Shown here piece after piece: positions 18,361 to 27,639 of a stretch of DNA of 32,000 nucleotides (within the stretch, counting starts at the first letter, position 1; every line of letters starts with the position of its first letter). The translations under genes and the position numbers were made by a program. Source of the stretch: Anabaena subtropica FACHB-260 (lineage in GTDB: Bacteria; Cyanobacteriota; Cyanobacteriia; Cyanobacteriales; Nostocaceae). The notes under the pieces are model-generated. The model saw only the letters and a list, made by a program, of their open reading frames with translations, was not told where the DNA came from and did no database searches. The DNA is taken from the NCBI RefSeq assembly GCF_014697105.1, contig NZ_JACJRF010000001.1, forward strand, positions 286,008-318,007. Direction: 5' to 3'.

Positions 18361-18759
18361 TTAGTTAAGTTCGCTGAATTTGGCTCTAATTGTTTCAATT
18401 CTTTTACGGTTAACGCCTAAATCACTTTGACCTAAGCGGGATGCAGAACGCACTTGAATTAAGTTGGTATTTCGGTCTAGATAAAACTCTACATCATCGA
18501 TAAATCCCATTAAGGCGCTTTTAAATTCAGCATACAAATAATCTGGATTTTCGGTGATGATTTTAGTCCTTGGTAAGGATTGAATCACATTTTTGAGATT
18601 GGCGATCGCTTCTTCTGGAGTCGAGGTGAAATTTAGGGGTGCTATTTGGTGGACTGCATCGGTACTTTGGCTAGAAACGCAATTAGGAGAGTTAGGACAG
18701 GGTGCTAATTTGCCGTCACGCACACCTAGATTATTTGGGCGTTTACCTGTAAAAATCAT
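18361..18759 (-). CDS. DUF1499-family protein
   Basis: 132 aa with the characteristic LAPCPNSPNCVSSQ N-terminal motif. Confidence 0.7.
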   Translation of the reverse strand: MIFTGKRPNNLGVRDGKLAPCPNSPNCVSSQSTDAVHQIAPLNFTSTPEEAIANLKNVIQSLPRTKIITENPDYLYAEFKSALMGFIDDVEFYLDRNTNLIQVRSASRLGQSDLGVNRKRIETIRAKFSELN

Positions 18760-18921
18760 AATTGGGTACTATTACTTAAATATGTAAGATTTTTGAGCGA
18801 TGCTGTTGGTTAACTTTAGACTACATCTTTAGGTGACAGAGGAAAATAATTCTCTAGACTGAGTAAAACATGGGTGATGCGATCGCTTTATGATGCGGTA
18901 AGTATTATATAGGCGATCGTT

Positions 18922-20067
18922 ATGGCGCAGATAATCTCAATCAATGACAATCAACGCTTACAACTTGAACCTCTAGAAGTCCCCTCCCGTCTGCTGTTGG
19001 GGCCTGGGCCATCAAATGCCCATCCAGCCGTCCTGCAAGCGATGAATATATCACCAGTGGGACATCTTGACCCCGCTTTCCTGGCGCTGATGGATGAAAT
19101 TCAATCTTTACTGCGCTATGTTTGGCAAACCGAAAACCCCCTTACCATTGCTGTTAGTGGTACGGGTACAGCCGCAATGGAAGCAACCATCGCTAATGCT
19201 GTAGAACCAAATGACGTGGTTTTGATTGGTGTAGCTGGTTATTTTGGCAATCGCTTGGTAGATATGGCAGGCAGGTATGGCGCAGACGTTCGCACCATTA
19301 CCAAACCTTGGGGACAAGTATTCTCATTGGAAGAACTCCGCACCGCTTTAGAAACCCATCGTCCAGCGATTCTGGCTTTGGTTCATGCGGAAACTTCCAC
19401 AGGCGCACGTCAACCTTTGGAAGGTGTCGGTGAATTGTGTCGAGAATTTGGCACTCTGCTATTAGTAGATACAGTCACCAGTTTGGGCGGTGTCCCCATA
19501 TTTCTGGATGCTTGGGGAGTAGATTTAGCCTACAGTTGCAGTCAAAAAGGTTTAGGTTGTTCTCCTGGTGCTTCACCTTTTACCATGAGTCCCCGCGCAG
19601 TTGAGAAGTTGCAGCAACGCCGCACCAAAGTAGCAAATTGGTACTTGGATATGAATTTGCTGGGTAAGTATTGGGGTAATGAAAGAGTATATCACCACAC
19701 AGCACCTATCAACTTGTATTATGCTTTGCGGGAAGCGTTGCGTTTAATTGCCCAGGAAGGGTTAGCAAACTGCTGGCAACGTCATCAAAAGAACGTAGAG
19801 TATTTGTGGCAAAGCTTAGAAGATATTGGATTGAGTCTGCACGTAGAACGAGAGTACAGACTACCAACCTTAACTACAGTTTGCATTCCCGCCGGAGTTG
19901 ATGGTAAAGCAGTCGCCCGTCAGTTACTCAATGAACATAACATTGAAATTGGCGGTGGTTTGGGTGAATTAGCCGGTCAAGTCTGGCGCGTAGGACTAAT
20001 GGGTTTCAATAGTCGTAAAGAAAGTGTAGACCAATTGATACAAGCCCTACAGCAAGTTTTAAGTTAG
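18922..20067 (+). CDS. Class-V pyridoxal-phosphate aminotransferase (alanine-glyoxylate / serine-pyruvate type)
   Basis: 381 aa with GTGTAAMEA, DTVTSLGG, and the SCSQKGLG PLP-lysine motif. Confidence 0.85.
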   Translation: MAQIISINDNQRLQLEPLEVPSRLLLGPGPSNAHPAVLQAMNISPVGHLDPAFLALMDEIQSLLRYVWQTENPLTIAVSGTGTAAMEATIANAVEPNDVVLIGVAGYFGNRLVDMAGRYGADVRTITKPWGQVFSLEELRTALETHRPAILALVHAETSTGARQPLEGVGELCREFGTLLLVDTVTSLGGVPIFLDAWGVDLAYSCSQKGLGCSPGASPFTMSPRAVEKLQQRRTKVANWYLDMNLLGKYWGNERVYHHTAPINLYYALREALRLIAQEGLANCWQRHQKNVEYLWQSLEDIGLSLHVEREYRLPTLTTVCIPAGVDGKAVARQLLNEHNIEIGGGLGELAGQVWRVGLMGFNSRKESVDQLIQALQQVLS

Positions 20068-20249
20068 GAATTGGGCGCTGGGGACTAATCAATTCCTAAT
20101 TAAAGAATTCCTGCTCCTCAGCCCCCTACCCAATCTATCTGTCGCCTTTTTTCCAACTGATATTAAGAATTAAGTAATTTTGGCGGGAAAAGTTTGTGAT
20201 CATCTCCGCTTGGTGCGTAAGTTATTTGGCTGATGATATAGATCCGAAA

Positions 20250-20357
20250 TTATTGCCAGAAGCCAGCAAATAGCAGAGGTAAGAGTATTAAGGCTGAAGC
20301 AATGAGAACCAGGGTTCCTGGATCAATTTTGATGTGGTTTTTATCTGGGTTAGACAT
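20250..20357 (-). CDS. Candidate 35-aa single-TM micro-protein (below the ORF-track cutoff)
   Basis: Hand translation gives MSNPDKNHIKIDPGTLVLIASALILLPLLFAGFWQ*. AAGGAA lies ~8 nt upstream of the ATG. It is 63 nt downstream of, and co-directional with, the STAND gene. Confidence 0.3.
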   Translation of the reverse strand: MSNPDKNHIKIDPGTLVLIASALILLPLLFAGFWQ

Positions 20358-20420
20358 TTGTTAGTTCCTTATCCATTGAGTTTATAATGTCAGTCTATTA
20401 AGCTTTGTTAGTGATGAAAT

Positions 20421-22772
20421 TTAACTGTTTTCCAGACTTGCCATTGCTGTTTGTACTTTTTCTACTTGCTTGGGTGCAGGCATATCATTGAAAATAGCGA
20501 TCGCCTGACTAAATGTCTCTCTACTTTGATTAATTTCACCCATTCTTTGATAAGTTATTCCTAACTGATAGTATGCTTTGGCTAAATTGCATTTATCAGA
20601 CACCGTATTCATATTAGCGATCGCTTCTAAATGTTTATCTACCGCCATTGTAAACTCCCCCCTTTCTCGATATAACGATGCTAAACAAGATGTAGCCCTC
20701 GCTTCTAAAAAACTAAACTGATTTTGCCGACAATGGTTAATAGCCTGGTGACACATTTCCAAAGCAGTTTCTATCAAACTTAAATTCTTATAAGTCAAGC
20801 TGAGAAATAGTAAACTAGTTCCCATGCCCCACGAAGTTAATCTGTGATTTGATAGTCCTGCCTCCGCTTCTCGTAGCATATAGGTTACATTTTGATTCTG
20901 CCCAATAGAAGAATCTAAATAGGCTAAACAACACAGAGAATAAACAACATATTGATAATAATTTCTGTCTGTTGTTGCTAAATTCTTCACGTAGTAAAAA
21001 ATCTGACTTGCTCTGTCAGTTTCCCACAAGTCTGTGTAACAAAGACCTAAATTAAAGCTACTAGATATTCTTTCTTGTAGAAAGTCAGACTTTTCCGCAA
21101 TTTCTTTAGACTTGTGGTGGCATTCCAAGGCAGATTTAATATTACCTACTTGGTGATAAGCTCTACCTAAGAGGTTATAAAGTATGTTCAAATGGTAGTC
21201 GGAGTTTAAGTTTTGAATTAGGGGATTAATTACAGAAATCAGTGTTTCTAATAAACCCAACCTGTTAAACAAAACTCCTAAAGAGATACTGTTATCCCAT
21301 TTATTTGGTCTACCACGAATAATTACATTAGCTGCTTGTTCAAAATCCCCAATTTCCATATAGTGATGATAAGCCTCCAATGCCATTAAAGCATCCTGAG
21401 GATTTTCAACTTGCACAGCGCTATTATTCCAAAAAATGGCAGCTTTTTGATTAGATATTTGCCATTCACAGCTTTGCTTCAAACGAGCGATCGCCTCTGT
21501 ACAAATTACTGGATGTAGCCAATATTTTCCCTTCCGAAATTCTATCAATAAGCGGTCAGTCAGGTATTTAATTACTCGTCTAGCTTGTTCTTCAGGGACA
21601 TCCCAAAGTAAACATTGCAATCCCTGAAGACTCACATGAGTTACATCTTGATAGCGATAGCATCCCAATCGGCAAAGCAATCGATATGCTTGACTATCCA
21701 TTTGTTCTAAACGGTCAAACTGACTAGCAACTAAATTCTTGAGTTCTGGTTCAATTAATAAATCATTCTTATTTTCTCGCCAATAAATATCAGCATCTCC
21801 TTCAAAATCTGTAGTGATTGCACCACTAATAATTTGCATGGCTTTAGCATTTCCACCAAAAGCCTTGCACATTTCACCGAGTGCTGTTGAATCAGATTTA
21901 ATTTGACAACTAGTAAAAAATTGTTGCCAAGTACACTCATCTAAACCTCCTAGAGGATAGAAAGTCACATCTACCCCTGATTCATACAGGCGTTCACGGC
22001 TAGTAATCAGGGTGATAGATTGGATGGTAGGGTCTGCTAATACTCGTAACAGTTCTACATAAGGACGACGAGAAGCAATAATTTGACCGTTTCTATCTAA
22101 AGCTGATTCAAGATTATCAATCAGAACTCCTATCTTACGAGTTTCGTCCCGCAGCTTGCGCCGTAGCCTATCTAAATTGATCCCGAACTCTTTACCTGGT
22201 TCTTCGTTAAAATCAACCCTCAGCCATTCCTCAACTACACTTTCTACAGAAACAATATGTTGACTTTCCTTAGCCATCCACAACTCTAGGAAATAAAAAC
22301 CTTGAGTTTTAAAATACCTACGCGCTAAAGTAGTTTTGCCAACACCGCCTTCACCTTGGATGAGGATAATTTTTGCGCCTCGAACAATATAGCTATTGAG
22401 TTCAGCTATTTCGCGATCGCGCCCCACAAAGTTATAATCCAGTTCTTGTGGCTTGCCATTATCGAGGACTGGATTTAAAATAGGCGACATCCTTTGTAGT
22501 CTCTGCAATCGCCAACATCTCTGAACTACTGAGTAAAAATTAGATTTAGAGACTTTTTCGCCCAAGACATTGGTCAGTAGTTGCCACAATTCTGCACCAA
22601 CTGCTTTTAAATGCGCTTCCGTATAACCACAAATGTCAGCTATATTTTGATAAGTCTGTTTTCTATCCTCCCATAAATTACGTAAAATTATTCTTTGAGT
22701 AGTATCTAAACGTTCTCCTGTTGTCTGAAAAACCAAGCTATCCAAAAGCTCTAGAGCTTCTTCTGCACCCAT
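20421..22772 (-). CDS. STAND NTPase: N-terminal HTH-like module + NB-ARC ATPase + C-terminal TPR array
   Basis: 783 aa. Walker A is GEGGVGKTTLA (nt 22332-22355 region), Walker B is IGVLIDNLE, followed by LITSRE and YPLGGLDECTWQQFF NB-ARC-type motifs. From aa ~450 onward there are TPR-like repeats (A..YY.LG..Y...G....A...F..A). aa 1-90 resemble the LuxR/sigma-region-4-like head of many cyanobacterial STAND proteins. Confidence 0.85.
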   Translation of the reverse strand: MGAEEALELLDSLVFQTTGERLDTTQRIILRNLWEDRKQTYQNIADICGYTEAHLKAVGAELWQLLTNVLGEKVSKSNFYSVVQRCWRLQRLQRMSPILNPVLDNGKPQELDYNFVGRDREIAELNSYIVRGAKIILIQGEGGVGKTTLARRYFKTQGFYFLELWMAKESQHIVSVESVVEEWLRVDFNEEPGKEFGINLDRLRRKLRDETRKIGVLIDNLESALDRNGQIIASRRPYVELLRVLADPTIQSITLITSRERLYESGVDVTFYPLGGLDECTWQQFFTSCQIKSDSTALGEMCKAFGGNAKAMQIISGAITTDFEGDADIYWRENKNDLLIEPELKNLVASQFDRLEQMDSQAYRLLCRLGCYRYQDVTHVSLQGLQCLLWDVPEEQARRVIKYLTDRLLIEFRKGKYWLHPVICTEAIARLKQSCEWQISNQKAAIFWNNSAVQVENPQDALMALEAYHHYMEIGDFEQAANVIIRGRPNKWDNSISLGVLFNRLGLLETLISVINPLIQNLNSDYHLNILYNLLGRAYHQVGNIKSALECHHKSKEIAEKSDFLQERISSSFNLGLCYTDLWETDRASQIFYYVKNLATTDRNYYQYVVYSLCCLAYLDSSIGQNQNVTYMLREAEAGLSNHRLTSWGMGTSLLFLSLTYKNLSLIETALEMCHQAINHCRQNQFSFLEARATSCLASLYRERGEFTMAVDKHLEAIANMNTVSDKCNLAKAYYQLGITYQRMGEINQSRETFSQAIAIFNDMPAPKQVEKVQTAMASLENS

Positions 22773-22855
22773 CGATCGCCTGACTGTATCATTTGTGCTT
22801 AATTATAACCATATTTTCACGATTTCTCCCTTGGCAGCACTACCACAAACTACTT

Positions 22856-22874
22856 TTTCCTACTGAGTAGGAAA
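22856..22874. promoter_or_regulatory. Perfect 9+1+9 palindrome TTTCCTACT-G-AGTAGGAAA (operator candidate)
   Basis: Read directly from the sequence. It lies 84 nt upstream of the STAND start codon. Confidence 0.4.
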
Positions 22875-22987
22875 TTAGATGTCTTACTTTATCCAACTGC
22901 AAATTCCGTAAGATTGTATTACTCTTGTAATTAATACAGGCGAAGTTAAGTTAACTGCCAGGAGATACACGGTTGAGGAGAGATGTT

Positions 22988-23069
22988 ATACCAATTCAAA
23001 ATTAAGTAAGCCCGATTTCACAAGGGCTTCTAAGTTTGGATCTGCTACTGAATTTTGGATAATTGGTAT
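22988..23069. repeat. MITE-like hairpin element, same terminal family as 6-150
   Basis: ATACCAATTCAAAATT (22988-23003) against GAATTTTGGATAATTGGTAT (23050-23069), inverted. Inner stem AAGCCC/GGGCTT. Confidence 0.35.
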
Positions 23070-23131
23070 TAGTGGTAAAGCTAAAACCTTTGGCTTACTA
23101 CATAACATATATAGCTGAATAAGTCGTCATT

Positions 23132-23156
23132 CCTACTCAATATTTATTTAAGTAGG
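23132..23156. promoter_or_regulatory. Inverted repeat CCTACT-N13-AGTAGG (second operator candidate)
   Basis: It uses the same hexamer half-site as the 22856 palindrome. It lies 91 nt upstream of the ATG at 23247. Confidence 0.3.
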
Positions 23157-23246
23157 TTCTAATATATAGGCGGTAGGCATTAACTAACTAGATTCTGTAG
23201 AGCGTGCAAATAGTTATGTTCCTCTCCACCCTACAGGAGTTCAATA

Positions 23247-23495
23247 ATGTTGAATAAAGATTGTCATCATGACTGCAATCAGAGTTATTGCCCATTTGCT
23301 CAAGATAATAACAATGCCAATAGATATGTCTGTCTCAAATGTGGTACTGAGCGAGAAATAAATAGATATTCTTCTGGTTTTGGCTCATTTTTAATGTTGT
23401 TGTTGAGTTTGTTTATTGCCTTCCAACTATTAGTTACCTATGAAAGACAAAACAATCAACCACAGCAAGAGTCTCCCATCTCTTCACAGAGTTAG
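23247..23495 (+). CDS. Small Cys-rich (zinc-ribbon-like) single-TM protein
   Basis: 82 aa with C6/C10/C15 and C29xxC32, then the TM helix FGSFLMLLLSLFIAFQLLV and a Gln-rich tail. Confidence 0.5.
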   Translation: MLNKDCHHDCNQSYCPFAQDNNNANRYVCLKCGTEREINRYSSGFGSFLMLLLSLFIAFQLLVTYERQNNQPQQESPISSQS

Positions 23496-23546
23496 ACAAT
23501 TAATTCCTTGTCAAAAGATATTTACCCCTGAATTGTGAGGAAAATT

Positions 23547-23774
23547 ATGACCACAAATGAAGATACCCTGCTATTTCGCTTAGTTTCTAAATTGTTGAAA
23601 TACTTCTTGTTGATGCTGTTTGGCGTGGCGATCGCCTATGTTCTCTCTAAAGCTTTAGGTGCTTTACACATCATTGAGATATTGGTTGCTGTTTTACAAA
23701 CTGTGTTTGTCCCTCTGGGAGTTATTCTCCTGTGTTTAATTACAATTATGGTCATTTTTGAATCTGTGCGCTAG
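23547..23774 (+). CDS. Small 2-3 TM membrane protein
   Basis: 75 aa from the ATG preceded by GAGGAAAATT; the ORF track starts 4 codons earlier at GTG. Strongly hydrophobic. Lies 51 nt after the previous gene. Confidence 0.5.
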   Translation: MTTNEDTLLFRLVSKLLKYFLLMLFGVAIAYVLSKALGALHIIEILVAVLQTVFVPLGVILLCLITIMVIFESVR

Positions 23775-23848
23775 TAAATAGAACATAGGATGTAAGAGTT
23801 CAAGGATGAAAAATCTTTGTACTCCTACATTATTTTCTTGCAGCTAAC

Positions 23849-23956
23849 TCATTTTTTCCCAGGCCATTTAGTACCCATTTCAGTCAATGCAGAAAAAACG
23901 AGGTACACAATAAGCAAACCCACACCTACAAAAAAAGCTAGTAAGTCATTATCCAT
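23849..23956 (-). CDS. Candidate 35-aa single-TM micro-protein
   Basis: Hand translation gives MDNDLLAFFVGVGLLIVYLVFSALTEMGTKWPGKK*. No clear SD. Confidence 0.2.
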   Translation of the reverse strand: MDNDLLAFFVGVGLLIVYLVFSALTEMGTKWPGKK

Positions 23957-24093
23957 ACAAACAATAAAAAAGCCCGCATGAGCGGACTAAAGTAGAAGGG
24001 TCAAATGATCGAAATTGACTATGAGATTTTTAAATCCCTTCTTTATTTTTAGCAATTCGTTCTTCAAATGCAAGCATTAAACAACAAATTTTT

Positions 24094-24118
24094 AGACATA
24101 ATTACGGTAATTATGTCT
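24094..24118. repeat. Perfect 12+1+12 palindrome AGACATAATTAC-G-GTAATTATGTCT
   Basis: Read directly from the sequence. It lies in an AT-rich ORF-free region. Confidence 0.6.
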
Positions 24119-24370
24119 TTTGATATATATATTTTCTCCTAATTGAATAGGAAAAACAATATTTTTTAATTTTGTCAATATCCACAAGAAGTATTTATAT
24201 TAGGAGATGATTAATTGTTATGTTTCAATAGAAGTCACAAATTCAGTAGCAATTTAAAAGAATTATTTTTTATTTTTTAATTGTTATTCTCTACTCCCAG
24301 TCTACGCAAGTCATACCGAATTTATGCAACGCCTAAATATCAGGAACTTCAAGATAAAAAATATCCAACC

Positions 24371-24436
24371 TGTAGGGTGCGTCAGTGCGATAGAACCTAA
24401 CTATACTCAGAAATTATTCATACTGACGCACTCTAC
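24371..24436 (+). repeat. 66-nt hairpin dispersed repeat, copy 1
   Basis: TGTAGGGTGCGTCAGT...ACTGACGCACTCTAC. It differs at about 6 of 66 positions from the copy at 30365-30430 and has the same orientation. Confidence 0.8.
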
Positions 24437-24667
24437 CTAACCATCAATTGCGGATAATTTATTTTTTGGTGTTCCCTTAAACAATTGCAGATATAACAGC
24501 CATAGCTAATCTCTGATTCGCTATAGAAATAGGATGATTCCAGAGAGAGCGATCGCATTGCTGTTGCGGAATTCGGATTAAGCGATCGCAATAACTTTAC
24601 TGGTCGTCTACGATGAGGGGGATGAGGGAGATAGCAATTCTTCCTCAGATCCTCTCAATCCCCAGTT

Positions 24668-25963
24668 TTAAATATCCAGCCTTTGGTAAACCTGATCCAA
24701 ATGCTTGAGATGTTGCTGTGGGTCAAAACACAGGGCAATTTCTGCTGGTGACAAGTTTTGAGTAACACGAGGATCTTGAATTATCAAGTCGTGGAAGTTA
24801 CCTTCTGGCTTATTCCAAGCAGCATGGGCGTTTTGTTGCACAATCGCATAGGCTTCTTCCCGGCTTAATCCTTTGTCTACTAATGCCAGCAGCACTTTTT
24901 GGCTGAACACAACGCCACCATAGCAGTTGAGGTTCCGCGCCATGTTTTCTGGGTAGACTAACAGGTTTTTCACCAAATCGGTGATTTCCTTTAGCATGAA
25001 GTGGGTCAAAATACAAGCATCTGGCAGAATTACCCGTTCTACAGAACTATGGGAAATATCTCGTTCGTGCCATAGTGCCACATCTTCTAAAGCTGCGCCG
25101 GCATGACTTCTAATTAACCGCGCCATCCCCGTCAGTCGTTCTGAACGGATGGGGTTACGTTTGTGTGGCATTGCACTAGAACCTTTTTGCCCTTTCGAGA
25201 AAAATTCCTCGACTTCCAGAACGTCTGTTTTTTGTAGATTGCGGATTTCTACAGCAAAGCGTTCAATAGAGGCGGCGATTAGGGCTAATTGCTGCACAAA
25301 GTCAGCATGGATATCGCGGGAAATGACTTGTGTAGAGGCTGTATCAGGCTTGAGTCCGAGTTTTTGACAGGCGATCGCTTCTACGCGGGGTTCGATGTTG
25401 GCGTAGGTTCCTACTGCGCCAGAAATCTTACCCACCGCGATCGTTTCGCGGAGAATCGTCAGCCGTTGTTGGTGACGTAACACTTCAGCCAACCAACCAG
25501 CCAGTTTAAATCCAAAGGTGATCGGTTCGGCATGAATCCCATGCGATCGCCCAGCCATGACTGTATAACGGTGTTCCCGTGCTTTTTGGCGAATCACCTC
25601 AATCAAATCTTCTAGGCGTTGCGCCAAAACATCCAAACTAGCAACCAATTGTAAAGCTAGAGCTGTATCTAGTACATCTGAACTAGTTAATCCCAAGTGA
25701 ATGTAACGTCCAGCATCACCTACGTACTCATTGACATTAGTCAAAAAAGCAATGACATCGTGACGGACTTCCGCCTCTATTTCCAGTACCCGTTGCGGAT
25801 CAAAATTAGCTTTAGCTTTGATTTCCTCAACAGCAGCAGATGGAATATAACCCAATTCCGCTTGGGCTTCACAAACTGCAATTTCCACCTGAAGCCAGGT
25901 TTTTAGTTTATAAAATTCAGTCCACAGGTTGCCCATTTCGGGCAGAGTATAACGCTCTATCAA
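24668..25963 (-). CDS. purB: Adenylosuccinate lyase
   Basis: Fumarate-lyase signature GSSAMPHKRNP, and a canonical N-terminus (M)IERYTLPEMG if the TTG at 25963 is the start. The 19 codons upstream in the ORF track (ATG 26020) are atypical for PurB. Confidence 0.9.
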   Translation of the reverse strand: MIERYTLPEMGNLWTEFYKLKTWLQVEIAVCEAQAELGYIPSAAVEEIKAKANFDPQRVLEIEAEVRHDVIAFLTNVNEYVGDAGRYIHLGLTSSDVLDTALALQLVASLDVLAQRLEDLIEVIRQKAREHRYTVMAGRSHGIHAEPITFGFKLAGWLAEVLRHQQRLTILRETIAVGKISGAVGTYANIEPRVEAIACQKLGLKPDTASTQVISRDIHADFVQQLALIAASIERFAVEIRNLQKTDVLEVEEFFSKGQKGSSAMPHKRNPIRSERLTGMARLIRSHAGAALEDVALWHERDISHSSVERVILPDACILTHFMLKEITDLVKNLLVYPENMARNLNCYGGVVFSQKVLLALVDKGLSREEAYAIVQQNAHAAWNKPEGNFHDLIIQDPRVTQNLSPAEIALCFDPQQHLKHLDQVYQRLDI

Positions 25964-26179
25964 CGTTCGCGGCAGAATACAACTGTCATATTTTAACCCG
26001 CATTGGCAGGCAATGGTCATGATAGTTCAGTCAGATACTCAAGTCCGGTGTTTGGGGTGGGTGGAGGTTTCGCCTTTTAGTCGTTTTCCCATTTGTTACT
26101 AACAGTAACAATGGTGGATTCAAGAAACGCTGAAATATAGCAACCAGTTCATAATTTGTAATTATCTAGTTTCTAGTCC

Positions 26180-27127
26180 TTAGCTTCTCCGATTCTCATT
26201 GGCAGAATTTTTATTATTCAAAGGCATGGCGTGACGATCTGGAACAATGCGTCTGCCATATTTCCTAGCATAAACTTGAGTAAATTCAGCACCAAAAAAT
26301 AGAATTTGGGCAGTATAATAAACCCAAGCCAAAATCAACACCACTGAACCAGCAGCGCCGTAAGCTGAACCAAAACCAGCATTACCTAAATACTGTCCTA
26401 ATAAAAACCTACCAATAGAAAATAAAATTGAAGTAATAATCGCTCCAACTAAAACATCACTCCAAGTAATCCTCACATCGGGTAAGACTTTAAAAATTAA
26501 TCCAAACAGCAACGTAGTAACGACAAAAGAAATAATAAAGTTAAGAATTTGCCAGAGAAAATCTACACCCGGTAATAAGCCACCAAAATAATTTACTACC
26601 GTTGATAATACTGTACTAACTACTAAAGAAACTAAGAGCAGAAAGCCAATACCTAACACCATCCCAAAAGATAAAAAACGCTGGCGAAAAATAGTTTTAA
26701 CACCGCGTCCGGGTTTTGGTTGTACTTCCCAAATCGTGTTGAGGGAATCTTGTAACTCGATAAAAATACCAGTTGCACCCAGTAGTAAAAGGGCGATACT
26801 AATCAGGGATGCTATAGTACCTGTTTGTGGTCTATCTACATTTTGGATGGCAGTTTCAATAAATTCTGCCCCTTCTCTACCGACTAAACCTTGAATTTGT
26901 TGAACAATTTCACCCCTAGCCGCGTCTTGACCGAAAATTGCACCGGCGATCGCAATTACAATAATTAACAACGGTGCAATAGAAAATACCGTGTAGTAAG
27001 CTAACGCAGCCGCTAAACGTGAGGCTTTATCATCACTCCATTCTTGAAACGCCTCTTGAAAAAGTTGCCAAATCGCTTTTAAATTCATTTCCTCATTCTC
27101 CCTTTTAGGAAGATGCCGCTTTATCAC
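26180..27127 (-). CDS. YihY/BrkB-family membrane protein
   Basis: 315 aa with AAALAYYTVFSIAPLL, six TM helices, and SVVLILAWVYYTAQILFFGAEF. An alternative start is MNLKAIW at 27088. Confidence 0.8.
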   Translation of the reverse strand: MIKRHLPKRENEEMNLKAIWQLFQEAFQEWSDDKASRLAAALAYYTVFSIAPLLIIVIAIAGAIFGQDAARGEIVQQIQGLVGREGAEFIETAIQNVDRPQTGTIASLISIALLLLGATGIFIELQDSLNTIWEVQPKPGRGVKTIFRQRFLSFGMVLGIGFLLLVSLVVSTVLSTVVNYFGGLLPGVDFLWQILNFIISFVVTTLLFGLIFKVLPDVRITWSDVLVGAIITSILFSIGRFLLGQYLGNAGFGSAYGAAGSVVLILAWVYYTAQILFFGAEFTQVYARKYGRRIVPDRHAMPLNNKNSANENRRS

Positions 27128-27402
27128 CTGATATATTTGATACTGATTTGTCCAGTATTGGCATCTTTCCCTGGGTACTTATGCAGTTACCTTGAGGAAT
27201 AATTTTCTGATCTAGATTTAAAACTTAGTGCGATCGCACTGAAATTACATAATTTATGCCATTTACAACTTTCTTTCAAATGTAAGTATGTAGCTTAGGG
27301 GTTAGGGGATGAAAATCAAAACACCTAAATCATATATTAAATTAACTGCGTTCTCCTACACCCTGATACCCCTATACCCTTAGCCATAACCACACTCAAA
27401 CT

Positions 27403-27639
27403 TTAAATCGCTGCTTCTTCACGCTGACAGTCAAACACAACCATAAAGGAAGCATTCGGTATTACTTGACGTAGATGCTGTACATAACCATCAGCATCAG
27501 AACGACTACGAAAGCGAGCCACAATCTCACGTTGTGTATCGGGAAGTAAACGCGCAATAGCCCAAGAATTTAGACGTTGTTTATAGGCGATTGGCTGAGT
27601 TTCGGACTTTGTTGCTGTGTATTCGGTGTTTTGTGGCAT
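27403..27639 (-). CDS. Small hypothetical protein (78 aa)
   Basis: Uninterrupted ORF of host-like composition. I recognise no motif. Confidence 0.5.
   Translation of the reverse strand: MPQNTEYTATKSETQPIAYKQRLNSWAIARLLPDTQREIVARFRSRSDADGYVQHLRQVIPNASFMVVFDCQREEAAI

Noticed and set aside
26021-26179. NtcA-type site (GTA-N8-TAC) near the GTTACTAACAGTAAC palindrome upstream of purB.
   Set aside because: The spacing and half-sites do not match the GTA-N8-TAC consensus. It is only a short imperfect palindrome.
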